This document shows positions 58,013 through 64,000 of a stretch of 64,000 nucleotides of DNA, piece by piece (position 1 is the first letter of the stretch; every line of letters begins with the position of its first letter). Made by a program: the position numbers and the translations under genes. The notes beneath the pieces are model-generated. The model saw only the letters and a program-made list of their open reading frames with translations. It had not been told where the DNA came from and searched no databases. The DNA is from a virus. Its lineage: Duplodnaviria > Caudoviricetes. The stretch is taken from the IMG/VR virus record IMGVR_UViG_3300028591_000158, positions 1 to 64,000 of that record. The stretch is one strand, 5' to 3'.

Positions 58013-59179
58013 ATGGCAACATTAGCCGAAATTGTTAAAAAAATAAATCACGAATATAAGGATGATAATCTAGCAATTATTAGTAATATCAAGCCTAATT
58101 ATAAAAGATTAGCAACCAATGCATTTGGTTTAGATTATATTTTAGGTGGTGGTCCTGCATTAGGTAGAATTGTAGAATTATCTGGAGTTGAGCATTCAGG
58201 TAAAACAACTGCAGCTTGTGTAATCTTAGCTGCCTACCAACGTGCATTCCCAGATCAACTCTGTGCATATTTTGATATTGAGCACTCACTAGATTTAAAG
58301 TTTCAAGCAAAAATGACTGGGCTTGATTTATCTAAATTAGTTTATGTTTCTCCAAATGGTTTATCAGGAGAACAAATTTGTGACATGATTGTTGAATATC
58401 AAAAAGCAGATGATATTGGCTGTATTGTGTTAGATTCACTTCCTGCAATGCTTCCTTCTGCTGTTTTAGATAATGATTTAACTAAAGATCAAGGCCTAAG
58501 GGGTTCCATGGCCAAAACATTCCATAAGTTCTTTCCAGAAATGAATGATCTAGTTGCAAGAAAAGAGAATTTATTTATTGCAATTAATCAAGTTCGTGAT
58601 GCTGGTAAGACATTTACTGGTATTCAATTATATAAAGAAACTGGTGGTTCGGCACCTAGTTATTATGCTTCATATATTTTAAGATTTGGTAAGCGTAAAT
58701 TTACATTAGGTGATGATATGGATGCTTGTGGTGCAAAGAATGGTGAAGGTGCAGATGGCTTCCGTCTTAGCTTTAAAGTATTAAAGAATAAATGTGGATC
58801 TTGTGCTCGTGGTGGTGGTTATATGACATTTAGATACGAGACTGGATTTGACTGGATTAATGACTTACTTGAAATAGCGCTTGGCTTTGGATTTATTCAT
58901 CGTATTAATAATGTAACATATGAATTAATTGATTTAAATACTGGCGAAGTATATACTGATGAAGATGGTGAATTATTAAGAGGAAAGAAGAATGATTTAA
59001 TAGAATATATTAAAACAAATATTCAATTCCAAACAAAATATTTAGCTATGTTGAATGATTATATTTCACAGGATGATTCAAAATCTTATGGTCAATTATT
59101 AGATGAACGTGTAAATGCTGAAATTGATGAGCAACAAGTTGCAATCGATCATCAATTTGATGCAGGAAATCAAGAATAA
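58013..59179 (+). CDS. recA: RecA/UvsX-like recombinase
   Basis: GRIVELSGVEHSGKTT, FDIEHSLD, IVLDSL, INQVRD, KVLKNK. Confidence 0.92.
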   Translation: MATLAEIVKKINHEYKDDNLAIISNIKPNYKRLATNAFGLDYILGGGPALGRIVELSGVEHSGKTTAACVILAAYQRAFPDQLCAYFDIEHSLDLKFQAKMTGLDLSKLVYVSPNGLSGEQICDMIVEYQKADDIGCIVLDSLPAMLPSAVLDNDLTKDQGLRGSMAKTFHKFFPEMNDLVARKENLFIAINQVRDAGKTFTGIQLYKETGGSAPSYYASYILRFGKRKFTLGDDMDACGAKNGEGADGFRLSFKVLKNKCGSCARGGGYMTFRYETGFDWINDLLEIALGFGFIHRINNVTYELIDLNTGEVYTDEDGELLRGKKNDLIEYIKTNIQFQTKYLAMLNDYISQDDSKSYGQLLDERVNAEIDEQQVAIDHQFDAGNQE

Positions 59180-59193
59180 GAGGCAGTATATAA

Positions 59194-59568
59194 ATGGCTT
59201 TTGGTACTAAGATTAGAGAAAAAGAGGGAGAAAAAATTCCTACAAGATTTAGAAGTAAACGTCAAGAAGAGCAAGTAGCAAAAGCTGTTGGTGGCCAAAG
59301 ACAACCTAACTCTGGAGCTACACCATGAGCACCTGGAGATGTGAAAACTGATAAGCTACTTGTCGAATGCAAAACTAAAATGACACCGAGTGAGTCTATC
59401 TCTGTTAAAAAAGAGTGATTAATTAAAAATAGAGAAGAAGCAGTTTTTATGGGTAAGCCATATAGTGTAGTTGCATTTAATTTTGGCCCTGATGAAGAAA
59501 ACTACTACATTCTTGATGAAAGTTTATTTTTAGATTTTTTAGAATATTTAAACAATAAAGAGCTTTAA
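59194..59568 (+). CDS. Hjc-like PD-(D/E)xK resolvase/nuclease, 124 aa, two TGA
   Basis: QPNSGATP(W)APGDV, LLVECKT, KKE(W)L; absent from the ORF track. Confidence 0.75.
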
Positions 59569-59615
59569 TTAGCTCTTTTTTATTGTATATTATTTTGTAA
59601 TAGAGGTTTAATATT

Positions 59616-59978
59616 ATGTTAAAATCAATACAAGACCAATTAAATAAGACTCAATATACAGATTTAAGTAATTTTGATGAAAAAACAAATACTTTTATAA
59701 TACCAAAATATACTAAGCCTGTGTATGAAACTAAAAAATGTTATTTAGTACAATTAAATAGTAGTATTTTAAATAATCCAAATTCATATGTAGCTGCTAA
59801 TATGAATAATGGGCGTTTTCCAACAGATGAGTATTTAAAAATATATGTAAATAATGTTAGTGGAAAATTTATATATGTAAATGGACTTGTGTATGATATT
59901 ATAAATAAAAAAGACTTATTAAAAATGTGATCCGGCTGATTACCAATTGATGAAATTACAATGATATCTAAAATGTAG
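59616..59978 (+). CDS. Hypothetical protein, 120 aa, two TGA near the C-terminus
   Basis: Ends (W)SG(W)LPIDEITMISKM at TAG 59976. Confidence 0.6.
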
Positions 59979-59991
59979 GAGTGTGATTTAA

Positions 59992-61035
59992 GTGAATGAA
60001 TCTTTAGCTGTAAAATATAGACCAAAAGATTTTTCATCAGTAGTTGAACAAAATATTAGTGTTCAAATATTAAATAAAGTTATTGAAACAGGACAATTTA
60101 AAAATGCTTATTTATTCTGCGGTCCATCTGGAGTTGGAAAAACAAGTATAGCTAGGCTGTTTGCTAATGCTATTAATAAGGGCGCTGGAGCTCCAATTGA
60201 AATAGATGCAGCTTCTAATAATTCTGTTGATCAAGTACGTGAGATTATTGCATCTTCAACTACAAGAGATTTATTTGCAGAATATAAAATTTATATTATT
60301 GATGAATGTCATGCAATTACAACACAAGGTTGGCAAGCATTTTTAAAAGGTCTTGAGGAACCACCAGCATATACTATTTATATTTTCTGTACTACTGAAC
60401 CAAATAAAATTCCTGCTACAGTACAAAATAGATTACAAAGATTTAATCTTTCAAAAATATCTGATCAAGGAATAGAAGAAAGATTAAAGTATATTTGTGC
60501 TAATGAGGGCTTTACTAACTATGATCAAGCTTGTAATTTTATTAGTAAATTAGCACACGGTGGAATGAGAGATGCAATTTGCTACCTTGAACAATGTTCA
60601 GATTATTCAAAAGATTTATCTATAGAAAATGTAAAGGCTGTTCTTGGTGATATTTCTTATGAGTTAGATGCTAAGTTTACTAATTATTTATTAGACAAAA
60701 ATAAAACGGCAGTATTAGCAATTTTAGAACAATTATTTGCAGATGGTAGAGATCTTAAAAATTTTATTGATATATATTTAGATTTTATTCTTGATTTAAT
60801 TAAATATAAATTATTTAACAGTATAGAATTAACTGGAATTCCTAAATATTTAAGCGAAATAAATGATGATAAGATTAATGTAAATAAGTTAATTTCAAGA
60901 AATAATATTAATTATTATTTAGATAAAATAGTAGAAACTTTAATTGAGCTAAAATCTAATTTAAGATATGAAGCTGCTTTTAAAGCTATAATTGAAGCAT
61001 ATTTTATTAAAATTATAAATGAATTAGGTGATTAA
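59992..61035 (+). CDS. dnaX: Clamp loader gamma/tau-like subunit
   Basis: LAVKYRPK, GPSGVGKT, EIDAASN, IIDECH, FCTTEP.KIPATV. Confidence 0.92.
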   Translation: MNESLAVKYRPKDFSSVVEQNISVQILNKVIETGQFKNAYLFCGPSGVGKTSIARLFANAINKGAGAPIEIDAASNNSVDQVREIIASSTTRDLFAEYKIYIIDECHAITTQGWQAFLKGLEEPPAYTIYIFCTTEPNKIPATVQNRLQRFNLSKISDQGIEERLKYICANEGFTNYDQACNFISKLAHGGMRDAICYLEQCSDYSKDLSIENVKAVLGDISYELDAKFTNYLLDKNKTAVLAILEQLFADGRDLKNFIDIYLDFILDLIKYKLFNSIELTGIPKYLSEINDDKINVNKLISRNNINYYLDKIVETLIELKSNLRYEAAFKAIIEAYFIKIINELGD

Positions 61036-61038
61036 TAA

Positions 61039-61845
61039 ATGATTGGGCAAGAGAAGCTATTAAATATTATAACTAAATATACATTGGCAACTATGCCCAA
61101 GACAATATTATTCTTAGGACAAAAGGGCTGTGGAAAACATACTATGTCTAAGCTACTAGCTACTCAACTTAACTTGCCAATAGAAGAGCTAAATGCAGAT
61201 ACTACTGCTGCTCAATTAATTGACTTTCAGTTAAGAACTATACCATATTTATATTTAATTGATTTAAGTGTTATTACTGAAAAGCAACAAAATCAATTTT
61301 TAAAGTTTATTGAAGAACCAAGCTCAAATGTTTATATTATATTAATGGCAGAAACTGAATTTTCAGTCTTAAATACTATTTTAAGTAGATGTGTTAAATT
61401 TAAATTTGAAGAATATACAAATGAACAATTAGCACAGTTAAATATTGATTTTGGAGAAGACTCAAATTTAGCTTTTGAAATCTGTAAAACTCCAGGCCAA
61501 TTATTATCGACTGATATAACAAAAATAAAAGCTATGCAATCATTATGCAATTCAATATTTGATAATATACTAAGAGCTAACTATGCTAATTTAATGTCAC
61601 TAATAACTAAATTTAATTATAAAGAAGATTATAATAAGTTTGATCCAAAATTATTTTTAAATTTATTTTCTACATTAGCATATAAAAGATACATTGAGTC
61701 TAATTGTTCAAATATTTATTTAAATGTTGGAAATTATGCAACAAGATATACACAACAAATTAATGGCATATCACAAAGTTTTGCTGAAAATATTATGATA
61801 AATTTCTTATCTGGCCTACAACAAACATTTAAGGAAGTGAATTAA
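61039..61845 (+). CDS. Clamp loader delta-prime-like subunit
   Basis: GQKGCGK, QNQFLKFIEEP, TILSRC. Confidence 0.75.
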   Translation: MIGQEKLLNIITKYTLATMPKTILFLGQKGCGKHTMSKLLATQLNLPIEELNADTTAAQLIDFQLRTIPYLYLIDLSVITEKQQNQFLKFIEEPSSNVYIILMAETEFSVLNTILSRCVKFKFEEYTNEQLAQLNIDFGEDSNLAFEICKTPGQLLSTDITKIKAMQSLCNSIFDNILRANYANLMSLITKFNYKEDYNKFDPKLFLNLFSTLAYKRYIESNCSNIYLNVGNYATRYTQQINGISQSFAENIMINFLSGLQQTFKEVN

Positions 61846-62745
61846 ATGATATTATCACAATTAAAAGATCAAATTAAAGATAATACATTAGCAGATGATT
61901 TTTTAATATTTAAGTATACTGATAATACTTTTTTGATTGATCAATATATTGAAGCTATCTGCAATCAAAAAGGTTTAATAAAGCATGTTGTTGAAAGTAT
62001 ATTTGAAATAAATGCTAGTGCTGGTGATTTTATCAAAAATACAGACTCTAACTTAAATATAATTTATACGGATGAATTTAATGATTATATGGATATTTAT
62101 CCTAATAATACTATTGTAGTATGTAAGAAAATTGGCGATAAATTAGATGGAGCTATTGATGAACAATGTGTAGTTGAATTTATTAAATTACAAGACTGGC
62201 ATATTGTTGATTATATTTTATCACAATGTTCTGGGCTTGACAGAGAAGATAGTCAATGGTTATGTAATGCAGCAAATTTAGATATTTATAAAATTGAAAA
62301 TGAATTAGATAAAATAAAATTATTTGATCAAAAACAACAAAGGCATGTATTGCAAGCGCTAAGATATGAAGAAAATTCTGAGCTTTATAATGCTACAGTT
62401 TTTGATTTTACCGATGCTATAATTACTAGGGATATACGAAAAATTTCTGATATCTTAGAACATATAAATAACTGCGATATTGAGCCTTTAGGGGTCGTTA
62501 AATTGCTTTTAAATAAGTTCAAGCTAATTTTATTAGCTAATAAACAAAGTGGCTTAAATGCGTCAGATTTAGAGATATCTCAAAAGTATTTTAATGCTCT
62601 TAGCTATTATTATAAAAGCTATACACCAGAGTATATTAAACCAAGATTAGAATTTCTTGCGGTCATTAATACAAGATTAGCTCAAGGTAAATTAGAAATG
62701 ACTAAAGATCAATTAATGACTTATATGCTTTATCATATTTTATAA
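61846..62745 (+). CDS. Clamp loader delta-like subunit
   Basis: DIYKIENELDKIKL, VFDFTDAI; position after dnaX and delta-prime-like genes. Confidence 0.65.
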   Translation: MILSQLKDQIKDNTLADDFLIFKYTDNTFLIDQYIEAICNQKGLIKHVVESIFEINASAGDFIKNTDSNLNIIYTDEFNDYMDIYPNNTIVVCKKIGDKLDGAIDEQCVVEFIKLQDWHIVDYILSQCSGLDREDSQWLCNAANLDIYKIENELDKIKLFDQKQQRHVLQALRYEENSELYNATVFDFTDAIITRDIRKISDILEHINNCDIEPLGVVKLLLNKFKLILLANKQSGLNASDLEISQKYFNALSYYYKSYTPEYIKPRLEFLAVINTRLAQGKLEMTKDQLMTYMLYHIL

Positions 62746-62759
62746 GAGGTGATTTATTT

Positions 62760-63728
62760 TTGGAAGATTTAGAAAAATATTCATATTCAAAATTAGATAC
62801 TTACATGCAATGCCCATTTAAATATAAATTAGTATATATAGACAAGAAAAATATTTATACAGATAGTGTTGCAACTTTAATTGGAACACTTGTTCATGCA
62901 ACTGAGGAAAATATTGCTAAACTAATTCAAAAAAATGAACCAATTGATTATATTAAACTAAAAAATAATTTTATTATTAAAATAGCTGAAATTGAAAAGA
63001 AGTTTTATAAAGATTATTGAACTCCGGATAAAAACGGTGTTTTATATAAAGATAAAATTTATTTTTATTTAGATAAAGGAATTTACCGTCTTGAGAAATT
63101 TATGAAAGAACATCCAACTTATAAAATAGTCGGAATTGAACAGGAATTCCTATTTGATTATGAAACAGCTAAAGTTAAAAAATGTAAATTTAAGGGTTTT
63201 ATTGATAGAGTATTTTATGATACTGCTACTGATAAATATATTATTCAAGATATAAAAACTTATGCAGAGCCAATTAGTGATGAAAAACTGACAACACCTT
63301 TACAATTTGTATTTTATACCCTAGCAGCAGATAATTTGTGGGGAGCTAAAGAAAACCAAATTATATGTCAATATGATTTACCATTTTTAGACCTTACTCA
63401 AGATGCTGGAACTAAAGGCTATATGACTCGTGGCAAAGCAAAATTAGAAAAATTATTTGGTAGTATTGATAACAAAGATTTTAAACCAAATCCAACTCCA
63501 TTATGTCATTGGTGTATATTCTGTCAAACTAATCCAAATCAGCCAGAAGCTGCTAAACACCTTTGTCCATATTATAGTCATTGGACAAGAGAAAATAAAA
63601 CATTTAAAACAGAAAATGAGTGGCAAGGTATGGAAAACCATAAACTTGTATTGGAACATTATCTTAAATCGCACAATGTCAGCCAAATAGAGGGAGGTGA
63701 ATTGAATGGCAAAAGTAGTAGTAACTAA
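62760..63728 (+). CDS. PD-(D/E)xK exonuclease (RecB/Cas4-like), 322 aa, one TGA
   Basis: YSYSKLDTYMQCP, GTLVH, GFIDRV..IQDIKT, LQFVFY, CHWCIFC..CP. Confidence 0.85.
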
Positions 63729-63927
63729 AAATACTGAAACTGGTGAACCAGAATCAATTGAAAATCTTCTAAAACGCTTTAAAAAGCAAGTTGTTAAGGA
63801 TGAAATATTGTTAGAATGTAAGAAACGCCAATATTTCAGATCTAAGGCAGTTAAAAGACAAGAAAAGTCAGCTGCAGCTCAAAAACGTTTAAAAAGTAAG
63901 AAGAAAAAACAAATAAGAGCATTTTAA
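63706..63927 (+). CDS. rpsU: Ribosomal protein bS21
   Basis: ESIENLLKRFKKQV....ILLECKKRQYFRSKAVKRQEK; GGAGG RBS. Confidence 0.85.
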   Translation: MAKVVVTKNTETGEPESIENLLKRFKKQVVKDEILLECKKRQYFRSKAVKRQEKSAAAQKRLKSKKKKQIRAF

Positions 63928-63932
63928 AAAAT

Positions 63933-63960
63933 AGGAGAATTATTGAATTCTCCTTTTCTT
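63933..63960 (+). terminator. Intrinsic terminator
   Basis: AGGAGAATT / AATTCTCCT hairpin plus T-tract. Confidence 0.7.
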
Positions 63961-64000
63961 TTTACTGTATATTATATGAGAAATTTTTTGTAGGAGGTAG

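Overview
A 64-kb segment of a large, very AT-rich phage-like genome with every supportable gene on the + strand; the host is probably an anaerobic Bacillota/Mollicutes-like bacterium (inference from GGAGG-type RBSs, PFL and NrdDG). TGA is read as Trp (code 4), so the supplied standard-code ORF track fragments or misses about 30 genes; I re-translated these by hand. Order: (1) 1-3.8 kb, a pyruvate formate-lyase split into two genes around an nrdD-nrdG cassette, with nrdD carrying an ORF-less group I intron; (2) 4-16.6 kb, collagen-like and other tail-fibre/adhesin genes; (3) 16.6-34.9 kb, a paralogue-rich enzyme cluster (7 radical SAM, 4 asparagine-synthetase-like, 1 carbamoyltransferase, several glycosyltransferases); (4) 35-43 kb, small accessory genes, a candidate structured ncRNA, holin-like and baseplate-like genes; (5) 43-45 kb, a nucleotide module whose ThyA-like enzyme has the Asn-to-Asp change typical of dCMP-specific enzymes; (6) 47-64 kb, a replication module (dUTPase, DnaC, DnaB, primase, SSB, a split family A polymerase with an in-frame TAG inside motif A, beta clamp, clamp-loader subunits, RecA, nucleases, a GIY-YIG endonuclease) ending in ribosomal protein bS21. 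Best leads: a probable cytosine-modification pathway (ThyA N-to-D plus carbamoyltransferase and the enzyme cluster), a probable translational hop in polA, and the split PFL. All family calls come from motif recognition by eye; no database search was run. I found no tRNA, rRNA or CRISPR array.
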